Positions 55,726 to 64,000 of a stretch of DNA of 64,000 nucleotides are shown here, one piece after another. The DNA is taken from the NCBI GenBank assembly GCA_963704935.1, contig CAVPIF010000003.1, positions 12,256 through 76,255 of the forward strand, in the 5' to 3' direction. How positions within the stretch are numbered: the first letter of the stretch is position 1; the number at the start of each line of letters is the position of its first letter. The translations under genes were made by a program, and so were the position numbers. Below the pieces are notes generated by a model, which did no database searches, had not been told where the DNA came from, and worked only from the letters and a program-made list of their open reading frames with translations. The stretch comes from an uncultured Chloroflexia bacterium (GTDB taxonomy: Bacteria > Chloroflexota > Limnocylindria > Limnocylindrales > CSP1-4).

Positions 55726-57369
55726 TCAGGCCTCGTGCACGACCTCCCCGTCCAGCAGGACGAGGGACGGGCGTGCGGTCGCGAGTGGCCCACCCGGCTT
55801 GACCGGCTCGTCCACCGCAACGGACGGGATCACCACGATGTCCGCTCGGTGGCCGACGATGAGGCGACCGCGATCCATCTCGCGGGCGGATACCGCCGGA
55901 CCGAGACACTGGGCCCGCAGGGCTCGATCCAGCGTCAACGCCTCATCGGGTGCGTACGGCGGCGTTCCCACCGGCCAACGCGGGTCCTCGCGGCGGACCG
56001 CCAGGGCGAGGCCCGGCCACGGGTCGAACGACTCCACCGGAGCGTCCGTGCCGAAGGCGAGCACCGCGCCCGTCTCCTCGATGCTCCGCCAGGTGTAGGC
56101 CTCCGCCTCCGCGCGTCCACCCCACAGCCTGCGGGCCTGGGCGGCGTCCGTCCCCAGGTGGCTCGGCTGGACGGAGGCGGCGATCCCGGCCGCCGCGAAC
56201 CTCGGTCGATCGTCGGGGTGGAGCATCTGGACGTGCTCGATGCGCGGCATGAGCGGCTGGTCCCGGGCCCCCGTCGTCAGGACGTCCAGGGCCGCCCGGA
56301 CCGCGGCGTCACCGATCGCGTGGATCTGGGATGCGATGCCTCCGGCGGTGGCGCGGGCGACCTGTTCCGCCAGGGCCTCGCGGTCGCTCATCCAGACGCC
56401 CCGGCGCTGCGCAGGCGGCACCGGTCGGTCGGCTTCGGGTTCGATGTCCTCGAGGAGCGCCGCGGTCCGTGACCCGAGGGAGCCGTCGGCGAAGCACTTC
56501 TGCCAGCCCACCTTCGCCCGGCCCCGCGGCTCCGCTCCCAGCACCTGACCGCTCCGGAGCCCTCGCTCCACGGCCGTCGCGACCGCCTCAGCGCGCAAGC
56601 TGGCGTGCACCCGCAAGGGCAGGTCACCCGCGTCCGCGAGCCTCGCGTACACCGGGAACGAGTAGCTGAGCCCCGGGTCCGGCGCCACGCCACCCGGGTC
56701 GTGACAGGCGACCACACCGAGGCGCACGAGGGCAAGTCCGGCGTCGACGATGGCGGCCGCGAGCTCATCCGGCTGGACCGGCGGGATGTGCACCGTCACC
56801 GCCCGGCTCGCGGTCTCGTGCAGCACCCCCTCCGGCGTGCCATCCGGCCGGCGCCGGACGACCCCACCTGCCGGATCCGTCCCCGTGAACTCCGCCAAAG
56901 CGAGCGCCGCCTGGCTTGCCCACAGCGCGTGATGGTCATGGGCCCACAGCGCGACCCGCCGACCTGGCGCCACGCGCTCCAGGTCGTCTGCGGTGGGCCA
57001 GCCGCCCCAGCGATCGCTGTCCCACCCATGGCCCTCCAGCCAGGCGTCCGGATCGCGTTGGGCTCGGTGCGCATCGTGGATCAGCGCCAGTCCGTCCGCG
57101 AGCGTCGCGGCCGTCGTCAGGTCGATCTGTCGCGACGCGAGCGCGACCTGGGCAAGATGGAGGTGCGCATCGGTCAGGCCCGGGATGGCCACCTGTTCCG
57201 GGGGCAGATCGATGCGTCGCGTGAACGGATCCGCCCGGGTCTCCAGGTCCACCGCGGAGCCCGCGAAAGCGACCCGGCCATCGCGGATCCCGACGGCCTC
57301 CACCCACCCGAAGCCGCTCGACCCCGCGAGTGTGGCGATGCGACCGGTGAGGAGCGTGTCGAGCGGCAT
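55726..57369 (-). CDS. Amidohydrolase-family metallohydrolase (YtcJ-like)
   Basis: In ORF 55726..58023, starting from MPLDTLLTGRIATL. It carries GLTDAHLHL (HxH) and QIHAIGDAA, and a late FGTDAPVE. Confidence 0.8.
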   Translation of the reverse strand: MPLDTLLTGRIATLAGSSGFGWVEAVGIRDGRVAFAGSAVDLETRADPFTRRIDLPPEQVAIPGLTDAHLHLAQVALASRQIDLTTAATLADGLALIHDAHRAQRDPDAWLEGHGWDSDRWGGWPTADDLERVAPGRRVALWAHDHHALWASQAALALAEFTGTDPAGGVVRRRPDGTPEGVLHETASRAVTVHIPPVQPDELAAAIVDAGLALVRLGVVACHDPGGVAPDPGLSYSFPVYARLADAGDLPLRVHASLRAEAVATAVERGLRSGQVLGAEPRGRAKVGWQKCFADGSLGSRTAALLEDIEPEADRPVPPAQRRGVWMSDREALAEQVARATAGGIASQIHAIGDAAVRAALDVLTTGARDQPLMPRIEHVQMLHPDDRPRFAAAGIAASVQPSHLGTDAAQARRLWGGRAEAEAYTWRSIEETGAVLAFGTDAPVESFDPWPGLALAVRREDPRWPVGTPPYAPDEALTLDRALRAQCLGPAVSAREMDRGRLIVGHRADIVVIPSVAVDEPVKPGGPLATARPSLVLLDGEVVHEA

Positions 57370-57376
57370 GCGGCGG

Positions 57377-58360
57377 TCAGGGTAGCGGGTCGGCCAGCAG
57401 CGCCGCGAGGTCGTCCCGGTCGAGGTCGGCGCCCAGGCCGAACGCCAGGGCGACGCGAGCCTTGATCGCACACAGCCGGCCGGTCGGGATCGCACCGGCC
57501 CGCACCCAGGTCGCGCCACCGCCCGGGAAGGCGTAGCCCGTGCCGACCGCCCCGGCCGCGCAGCGCGAGGCGAGGACGACCGGGATGCCGGTCGCGATGG
57601 CGTCGCGCGCCGCCGCCAACAGGTCGGGAGCCGTGTTGCCGGAGCCGGTCGCCGCGACGACGATCCCGTCCGCTCCGGCGGCGACCGCGGCCCGGAACAG
57701 CGTGCCGTCCGTACCGATGCCCGCGGTGACGAGGTGGACGCGGTCGGCGGCGCGATCCGTCGCCACGTGGCGTCGTGGCCCCCTGGCCCGTTCCAGCACC
57801 ACCAGGCCGCCGGCGACCCGGCCCAGGCTCCCGGCTTCGGGGCTGCGGAACGTCGTGAACGCCGTCGTGTGGGTCTTCTGCACGTCGTCGGCCGCCTCGA
57901 TCGTGCCGGCGAGGCTGACCACCACGCCGATCCCACGCGCGGACGGCGACGACGCCACGGTGACCGCGTCTCGCAGGTTCGCCGGTCCGTCGAACCCGGG
58001 TTCATGGGGCGCCCGCATCGCACCGGTCACGACGACCGGTCGATCGCCCCCGTGCAGGAGGTCCCAGGCGAACGCGGTCTCCTCGATCGTGTCGGTGCCC
58101 TGCACGATGACCGCGCCGTCGACCGTTTCGTCATCGAGGACCCGACTGACGTCCCGCCAGATCGCGACCAGGTCGCCGAAGCCGAAGTGGCTGGCCGGCG
58201 TCAGCCCATGGTCCACCGCGACGACATCGGCGATCTCCGCGAGCCCCGGCGTTCGGGCCAGGATGGCCGCCCCGTCGAGCGCGGGCACGTTCCCGCCGGC
58301 CTCGGCGTCGAAACCCATGCTGATCGTGCCGCCGCTGAACAGGACCGCGACCCGGGGCAT
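57377..58360 (-). CDS. L-asparaginase
   Basis: In ORF 57377..58501, starting from MPRVAVLFSGGTISM. It carries VQGTDTIEETAF and VVAATGSGN. Confidence 0.85.
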   Translation of the reverse strand: MPRVAVLFSGGTISMGFDAEAGGNVPALDGAAILARTPGLAEIADVVAVDHGLTPASHFGFGDLVAIWRDVSRVLDDETVDGAVIVQGTDTIEETAFAWDLLHGGDRPVVVTGAMRAPHEPGFDGPANLRDAVTVASSPSARGIGVVVSLAGTIEAADDVQKTHTTAFTTFRSPEAGSLGRVAGGLVVLERARGPRRHVATDRAADRVHLVTAGIGTDGTLFRAAVAAGADGIVVAATGSGNTAPDLLAAARDAIATGIPVVLASRCAAGAVGTGYAFPGGGATWVRAGAIPTGRLCAIKARVALAFGLGADLDRDDLAALLADPLP

Positions 58361-58374
58361 CGTCGCGCTCGTCG

Positions 58375-59961
58375 TCAGTCGCGGTCGGCGAGATCGCCCG
58401 GACCCGGCTGATCCACGATCGCCGGACCGGATCCCGCAACCTCGTCTCCGCCGACACCGGATCCCAGCGGGCTTGACGGCGCATCCGGGTCGGCGTGCCA
58501 CAGCGGCAGGTCCACGCCGAGCGCCGCCGCGATCGGGTCCACGGCGTGCGGGTCGGCGGTGGCTCCCACGATCCCGAGGTGCGGGTCGCGCAGGAAGACG
58601 CTCGCCACGCCGGCAGCCAGCACCCCGATGGCCACGATGAACATCACCGTGGCCGTCCCGATCAGGTCCGAGATCGGGCCCACGATGATGATCGGCAGGA
58701 AGCTCGACATCGACACCAGCATGTTCAGGACGCCGAACACTCGGCCACGCACGTCCTCCGGCAGGTCCTCCTGGAGCTGCGTCTGCGAGGGGATCGCGAC
58801 GGCGCCATACGCCACACCGGCCACGAAGGCGATGAACACGACGATCGCCAGCAGCGAGGTGACCGCCGAAAGGTCCACCAGCCCGCTGGCCGCGTCGGCG
58901 CTCTGCAGGAACCGGCTGATCGGGCCGGCGACCGACAGCAGTGCCAGCATGATGCCGAGCGCGATCAGGCCGCCCTCGATCACCCGGCGGCGCGGGAGGT
59001 ACTTCCCGTAGGCGTTGAGGAGCAGGATCCCCATCACGATGCCGCCGCCGAGCGGCAGGACGATGACCGCGAAGTCCTTGGCCTGCAGGCCGAGCGCGGT
59101 CTGCGCGAAGTCCGGGCCGAGCACGCCCAGGACGCCGACCAGCGAGGCCGCGATCCCGAGGTAGAGCAGCGACCAGACGATCGACCGGTTGAGCCGGATG
59201 AAGGCGAGTCCCTCGCGCAGCTGGGCGATGGTCGACTGGACGGCCTTCTGCGTCTCACCGACCGGGTGCGGGCCGGTGTCGGTCGGCGCGTGGGCCGGCG
59301 GCGGCGAGGCCGGCAGCGTGAAACAGAAGACCGCCGCCAGGAAGTAGAGGGCGGACACGACCAGGATCACCGCCTGCGGGCCGGCGATGTTGATGACGAG
59401 CGGCCCCAGCAGGGCGAAACCGATCGCGAAGGCCGCGTTGAGTGTCAGCGTGAAGATGCCGTTGGCGGCCAGCAACTGGCGACGCGGGACGACCTCCGGG
59501 ATCATCGCGGCTTCCGCCGGGGCGAAGAACACCGTCACGGTCGAGATGGAGATGTTCAGCAGGAGCAGGAGCAGGAGATGGTCACCGACCAGGATCAGGC
59601 CGATCGTCGCGAACCCGCGCAGGACGTTCGTCGCGATGAGGACGAGCCGTCGGTCGATCCGGTCGACGTAGACCCCGGCGACCGCGGAGAACAGCACCGC
59701 CGGGACCAGGAACGACAGGATGAGCAGGCTGACCGCCGTGTTCGGCTGGCTCGCAGACACGATGACGGTCAGGCCGAACAGGACCATGTTCCCGCCGATC
59801 TGCGTCGAAGCCTGCGACAGCCAGAGGCGGAGGAACGCCGGGTTCTGGAAGACCGCCAGCGCCCCGGAGGGATCGGCCGGCGTCCCCGCTGGCCCCGAGC
59901 CCGCTGGCCCCGGGCCGGCCGCGCGGTCCGTGACCTTCGACGTGGTCCCTCCGTCGGTCAT
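58375..59961 (-). CDS. MFS transporter
   Basis: In ORF 58375..60135, starting from MTDGGTT. It has about 12 hydrophobic segments. Its ATG overlaps the stop of the DUF951 gene (ATGA). Confidence 0.8.
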   Translation of the reverse strand: MTDGGTTSKVTDRAAGPGPAGSGPAGTPADPSGALAVFQNPAFLRLWLSQASTQIGGNMVLFGLTVIVSASQPNTAVSLLILSFLVPAVLFSAVAGVYVDRIDRRLVLIATNVLRGFATIGLILVGDHLLLLLLLNISISTVTVFFAPAEAAMIPEVVPRRQLLAANGIFTLTLNAAFAIGFALLGPLVINIAGPQAVILVVSALYFLAAVFCFTLPASPPPAHAPTDTGPHPVGETQKAVQSTIAQLREGLAFIRLNRSIVWSLLYLGIAASLVGVLGVLGPDFAQTALGLQAKDFAVIVLPLGGGIVMGILLLNAYGKYLPRRRVIEGGLIALGIMLALLSVAGPISRFLQSADAASGLVDLSAVTSLLAIVVFIAFVAGVAYGAVAIPSQTQLQEDLPEDVRGRVFGVLNMLVSMSSFLPIIIVGPISDLIGTATVMFIVAIGVLAAGVASVFLRDPHLGIVGATADPHAVDPIAAALGVDLPLWHADPDAPSSPLGSGVGGDEVAGSGPAIVDQPGPGDLADRD

Positions 59962-60200
59962 GGGCGCCGCCCGCTGTCGAGGGCCGCGTTCAGCGCCGGA
60001 TCGCCGCGCTCGACGAACGCCAGGATCCGGCGCTCGAGTGACGTGCGCTCGAGCAGGACGTGGCGACCGCAGGTCCGGCAGGCGAGGCCGATGTCGGCGC
60101 CGAGGCGGTCCACCAGCCACTCGTCCCCGCCGCACGGGTGCGCGCGGCGCAACCGCACGATGTCACCGAGCAGCAAGGTCAGGACGGGTCGGGCCGGCAC
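59958..60200 (-). CDS. DUF951-like small zinc-ribbon protein
   Basis: 80-aa ORF: GDIVRLRRAHPCGGDEWLVDRLGADIGLACRTCGRHVLLERTSLERRI. Confidence 0.7.
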   Translation of the reverse strand: MPARPVLTLLLGDIVRLRRAHPCGGDEWLVDRLGADIGLACRTCGRHVLLERTSLERRILAFVERGDPALNAALDSGRRP

Positions 60201-60212
60201 GGCGGCAGGGTA

Positions 60213-60887
60213 TCAGAGGAGCGGCCGGCCATTGACCGGGACGAGGTTCCGGTCTGTCGCCGGGACGTCGACCCGCTCCACCGGCGTGACCTCGACCTCC
60301 ACGTCGGGCTGCGTCGCCGCCAACTGCGCGATGATCCCGCCGGGCCGCGTCAGCGAGCCGGTCAGCTTGTCCGGGGGACCGATCGCCACGAGCTCGAATG
60401 GATCGGCCAGCGGCGTCTCCGCAAGGCGCACTCCGCCACCCGCGCCCGTCACGACGACCCCCGGCACGAGGCGGACGCCGGACAGCGCCATCGCCTCCGC
60501 CCCGGCGTTCCGCAGCTCATTGATGAGTTCCTCGACGCCGGACCCGTCGATCGGCCCCCGCACCGTGATGACGATGCCCGGACCCGTGGCCGGATCCACG
60601 CCCGCGTACAGCCGGACCCGCCGGAGGTCGGCGCGCAGCTCCGTGATGGAGGCGTCGCCGCGGGCAGTGTTCTGGCCGAGCGTGGCCAGGTCTCGCTCCA
60701 GCGTGGCGACCTCGCGCCGCAGCTGGTCGTTGCGGTCGTTGAGGTTCGCGACGAGGACGGTCAGGTCCTGCGAGGACAGGCCGGCAAAGGCCGCGCCACT
60801 CGCCTGGGTCCGCAGCTGGACGATGACCAGGATGCCCAGCACGAACATGACCGCCGCGATCGTGACCTGGTTGCGACGCTGGCGCAT
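60213..60887 (-). CDS. DUF881 (YlxW/YlxX-like) membrane protein
   Basis: 224-aa ORF with an N-terminal TM segment, a coiled-coil, then GPGIVITV...VEELINELRNAGAEAMALSGVRL. Confidence 0.8.
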   Translation of the reverse strand: MRQRRNQVTIAAVMFVLGILVIVQLRTQASGAAFAGLSSQDLTVLVANLNDRNDQLRREVATLERDLATLGQNTARGDASITELRADLRRVRLYAGVDPATGPGIVITVRGPIDGSGVEELINELRNAGAEAMALSGVRLVPGVVVTGAGGGVRLAETPLADPFELVAIGPPDKLTGSLTRPGGIIAQLAATQPDVEVEVTPVERVDVPATDRNLVPVNGRPLL

Positions 60888-60890
60888 CCG

Positions 60891-61795
60891 CTACCCCCCG
60901 GGACGCCGGCGGTGGGTGAGGGCGCCGGGCGCGCGTAGCGGAGGGTCACGGTGCCGGCGAAGGCAGGGATGTCCACGCTCTCCGGTTCCGCGAACGAGAC
61001 ACGGATGCCGAAGGATCGGGCCCGGGCGATGATGAAGTCGACGAACCCAGGGGAGGCCGCGAGACGCGGGTAGAGGTCCGCTGCGCCCAGCGCGGTGATC
61101 TGGTACGGAGCCGACAGGTAGGCGGAGTTGACGAGCACCGACGGCCCGATGTCGATGACCGCCGTCGAGGGCGTGATCCGCTCGCCGTTGATCGCGATCG
61201 CCTCGGCGCCGGCGATCCAGAGTTCCTCGACCACGGCCCGGATGTCGCGCGCTCCGATCAGGTAGTCGGCCTCGTTCGCCTCCGGCGCCACCGGTTCCAG
61301 CGAGTCCTCCAACTGGAGGACGATGCCCGTCCCGCGGAGCGGGATCAGGCCGGCCGCGATGCGCGCCTCCCGGAGCTCATCGTTGAGCTGCCGCACCACG
61401 AGCGCGGAGCCCTGGCCGGACTGCTCAGCCTCCTGGATCCGCGCGCGCAGGTCCAGGATCGACGCCTTCAGCCCATCCTGCTGTGCCTGGAGCTGCGTCG
61501 CGGTCTCCACCAGGGGCGCCCGTTCCTGGGTCGTGTAGCGCACCCGTGGGCCCTGCGCGGCCAGTTGCGCCGCGACGAGGAAGCCGAGGCCGAGGAGCGC
61601 GGCGCCGAGCGTCAGCTGCCAGCTCGGGATGGAGCGGATCCGCTGCACCAGCATCATGCCGGCGCGATCGCCCTGGTCGACTGCCGACGCGAGCGCACGA
61701 CGACCGAGCGTCGACCGCGCCGACCGCCGAGCGCGGCGACGCCGCGGGCCGACGCAACGGTGCGGACGCCGCGATCGCCGCCCGGGCCGGGTCAT
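60891..61795 (-). CDS. DUF881 (YlxW/YlxX-like) membrane protein; the 3' end is masked by a homopolymer frame problem
   Basis: In ORF 60761..61957. It has a TM segment (WQLTLGAALLGLGFLVAAQL), then GTGIVLQLED...IRAVVEELWIAGAEAIAINGERI. The ATG at 61795 overlaps the peptidase stop (ATGA). One extra G in the run at 60894-60899 would give TAG (60891-60893), 3 nt before the next gene. As written, the frame runs on to 60761. Confidence 0.7.
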
Positions 61796-62968
61796 CCGCC
61801 GGCCGACGGCGCCATGCCCGGGCAGGGTCGCCGGCTGCGGGCCGAAGCGGACCGGCGGGTCGGCGCCCACCTCGGCCAGCCAGGCCGCGTCGAACTCGGC
61901 CAGCGCCCATCCCGATCGCAGCGCTGAATGCCTCGTCGTCCGTCCGTCCGTCCGCATACGAGCGGATCAGCGACACCAGGGCATCCTGGCCGTGCGCCCG
62001 GATGAGGAAGTCGACCGCGCTGACGCTCTCGGCGTAGGCGAGGAAGAAGGCCCGGGCGGAGGTCGGGAACTGGCCCCCGAGGCCGACCAGCGGGATCACG
62101 GTCGCGTCGTCGGCGGCGGAGTCGACCGCCGCGCGATCCGAGGCGTCGTACCCCTGGCTGAGGTAGACGGCGAGGCCCTCGTTGAGCCAGCGCGGCGGGA
62201 AGTGGTACGGGATTGGCGGCGGCGGTATCGACGACCAGGTGGACCAGCTCGTGCGGGACGACCATGGCGACCCACGGGTCGTCGATCTCGCCCGGGGTGA
62301 TCAGCGCGAACAGGGTCCGGATCGACGCCATGGCCTGGCCGCCGACGTTCTCACGTGTCCCCGGCCCGAGCGCGTCGTAGAACGCGTCCTGGTCCGCGTA
62401 GATGAAGAAGTCGACGGGCTGGTCCTCCGTGACGCCCAGGAGCGCGGCCGTCGCCGCGACGGCCTCCTCGCCGATCCGCAACGCGCGTTGTCCGAACGCC
62501 TGCCCGCCTGCGTACCAGTGGACCCGGACCACGTCGCCGGTCGCCGTGCTGCCAGTCGAATCGGCGGTCCTCGAGCACGTCCCGGACGGCTGGGCCGGTC
62601 ACTGGTAGGCCCCCGCCGGTCGGGGTGATCCGCCAGCGCGCCTCGATCGGCGTGTTGGGCAGGGTGTGCCCGTCCGCCTCGTCGACGATGTAGCGGAGCG
62701 TCGTCGGCCCGGCGGCGGCCGGCGGCGGGATGTCGATGACCAGCGGTCCGGGCGCGTCGGCGTAGCGAAGCAGCAGCTCGACACGGCTCGGGGTGGCGTC
62801 GAGCGTCACGGGCTGGGCGAGGACGATGCCCTGCCCGAACGTCGCGTCGATCGTCGGCGTCCCGAACACGGGGTCGGCCGCGCGCACAGGGGCGGCAGAG
62901 ATCCCGGCCGCGGCCAGGGCGAGCGCGGCAAGGACCCACCGTGCCGGGCGACCGGCGCGACCGCTCAC
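61792..62968 (-). CDS. Secreted HExxH zinc metallopeptidase-like protein; about four frame changes
   Basis: There is a signal peptide (ARWVLAALALAAAGISAAPVRA). VRVHWYAGGQAFGQRAL...VVPHELVHLVVD is in a second frame. NPYHFPPRWLNEGLAVYLSQGYD...AYAESVSAVDFLIR is in a third. LAEFDAAWLAEVG follows after another change (changes at ~62545, ~62207, ~61910 and ~61810). The GTG start overlaps the SBP stop (GTGA). The span length leaves remainder 1 on division by 3. Confidence 0.6.
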
Positions 62969-64000
62969 GGCGCCCAGTCCAGGCCGGCGAAGCGCAGCGA
63001 CCCGAGGCCGTTCTGGCCGGCACCCAGGAGGCCGTCGCGGGCGAGCGCCCAGCCCGTGCCGTAGCTGATCGGGACGATGGGCGCGTCACGGCGCACGATG
63101 TCCTCCGCGAGGTCATAGGCAGCGCCGGCGGCGACCGCGTCGGTCGTCGCGCCGGCCTCGGCGATCGCGGCATCGAACTCCGGCGATCGCCAGCCGCCGT
63201 AGTTGTTCGGTGATCCGGTCCCGAGCAGCACGCCCAGGAAGTCGTTGCGGCCCGGGTAGTCGGCGACCCAGGACAGATTCCACATCTGCGGCGGGTCCGT
63301 GTCGAGGCGGACGAAGTAGTCACCGAAGTCCATCGTCTCCTGGGCGAGGTCGATCCCGAGTTCGCGTCGGAGCTCCGTGACGATCGCCTCGTCGTACGAG
63401 GATCCGCCGGTCATCAGGACCACGTCCGGGAACCCGGCTCCCCCGGGATAGCCGGCCTCCGACAGCAAGACCCGGGCTGCGGCCGGGTCGTGAGCCGGCA
63501 GTACGTCGCGATCGCTCCGGCCGGGGATCCCGGGCGGGACGATCGAGGTCGCGACCGAGCCCGAGTCGGATGAGGCCAGGGTCGCGATCCGCCGCCAGTC
63601 GACGGCGGCCGCGAAGGCCTGCCGGATCCGGACGTCGTCGAACGGGGCCCTGGTCGTATCGAAGCCGTAGTAGGTCACGGCCAACGATGGGACCTCGCGG
63701 AGCTGCGGACCCAGCGTCGCGTCATACGCGATCCAGGACGCGTCGTAGTCCCCGATCGGCGCGTAGTCCAGATCGCCCGCCTCGAACGCGGCCACGCTGC
63801 TGCGACCGCCGAGATCCGTCACCACGCTGATCTGCGCCACCGGGGGCCGCCCGGCCCAGTAGCGATCATTGGCCACGAGCTCCAGGCTGTCCGCGGTCTC
63901 GCTCACGATCCGGTAGCCGCCGCAGGCCACGAACGCCGGCGCGGGCTGGAACGTGGAAGGATCGGTGTCCGCCTCTGGCGGGACGACCGCGAACGTCGGG
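62965..64000 (-). CDS. ABC transporter substrate-binding protein, family 5 (peptide/nickel type); 5' end outside the window
   Basis: ORF 62965..63930 and the open frame beyond it carry ...VANDRYWAGRP..., TYYGFDTTRAPFDDVRIRQAF, and WNLSWVADYPGRNDFL. Confidence 0.8.
   Translation of the reverse strand, partial: PTFAVVPPEADTDPSTFQPAPAFVACGGYRIVSETADSLELVANDRYWAGRPPVAQISVVTDLGGRSSVAAFEAGDLDYAPIGDYDASWIAYDATLGPQLREVPSLAVTYYGFDTTRAPFDDVRIRQAFAAAVDWRRIATLASSDSGSVATSIVPPGIPGRSDRDVLPAHDPAAARVLLSEAGYPGGAGFPDVVLMTGGSSYDEAIVTELRRELGIDLAQETMDFGDYFVRLDTDPPQMWNLSWVADYPGRNDFLGVLLGTGSPNNYGGWRSPEFDAAIAEAGATTDAVAAGAAYDLAEDIVRRDAPIVPISYGTGWALARDGLLGAGQNGLGSLRFAGLDWAP

Overview
This is a 64-kb window of very G+C-rich bacterial chromosome, judged by eye and not computed. 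It is almost entirely housekeeping. The gene set suggests an uncultured Gram-positive-type lineage such as Chloroflexota or a deep Actinomycetota branch, but I cannot place it from sequence alone. That set comprises RNase Y with YmdB, MutS2, a DUF881 pair, DUF951, a T-box leader and a TrpR-like YerC protein in front of the his operon.

The recognisable blocks, left to right, are:
- a VapC/HTH toxin-antitoxin pair
- an M48 peptidase, a VOC protein and an ABC exporter
- hflX-miaA-miaB
- terC, followed by a large intergenic repeat locus
- PHP-ymdB-rny
- recA-recX
- tgt-ruvB, then a PaaK-like ligase on the opposite strand, then ruvA-ruvC-yebC
- an EF-G paralogue
- hisA, divergent from yerC-hisGDCBHF(IE)
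- tyrS, a class A PBP, mutS2, mpg and cvpA
- pheST, rplT-rpmI-infC, an orphan 650-aa lipoprotein and T-box-led thrS
- tRNA-Val plus a duplicated tRNA 3' half
- two RNA methyltransferases and a disulfide oxidoreductase
- a long minus-strand operon: SBP, HExxH peptidase, DUF881 x2, DUF951, MFS, asparaginase and amidohydrolase

I found no rRNA, CRISPR array, transposase or integrase.

The points most worth a second look are:
1. An ~890-bp composite repeat locus between terC and the PHP gene. It holds two 125-bp inverted-repeat elements, each followed by 23-bp or 14-bp tandem arrays.
2. The ruvCAB operon, which is split by an inverted, lower-G+C adenylate-forming enzyme gene.
3. A 50-bp direct repeat of the tRNA-Val 3' half, which brackets a 488-bp islet with two overlapping mini membrane ORFs.
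4. Many conserved genes that can be read only by hopping reading frames. These single-base indels are clustered and sit mostly at G/C runs.
5. An infC frame that runs without a stop into rpmI.
6. A mosaic left end of foreign-looking, lower-G+C gene fragments.

I do not see a clear multi-gene novel system. All family assignments come from motif recognition in my own reading of the translations, and no searches were run.
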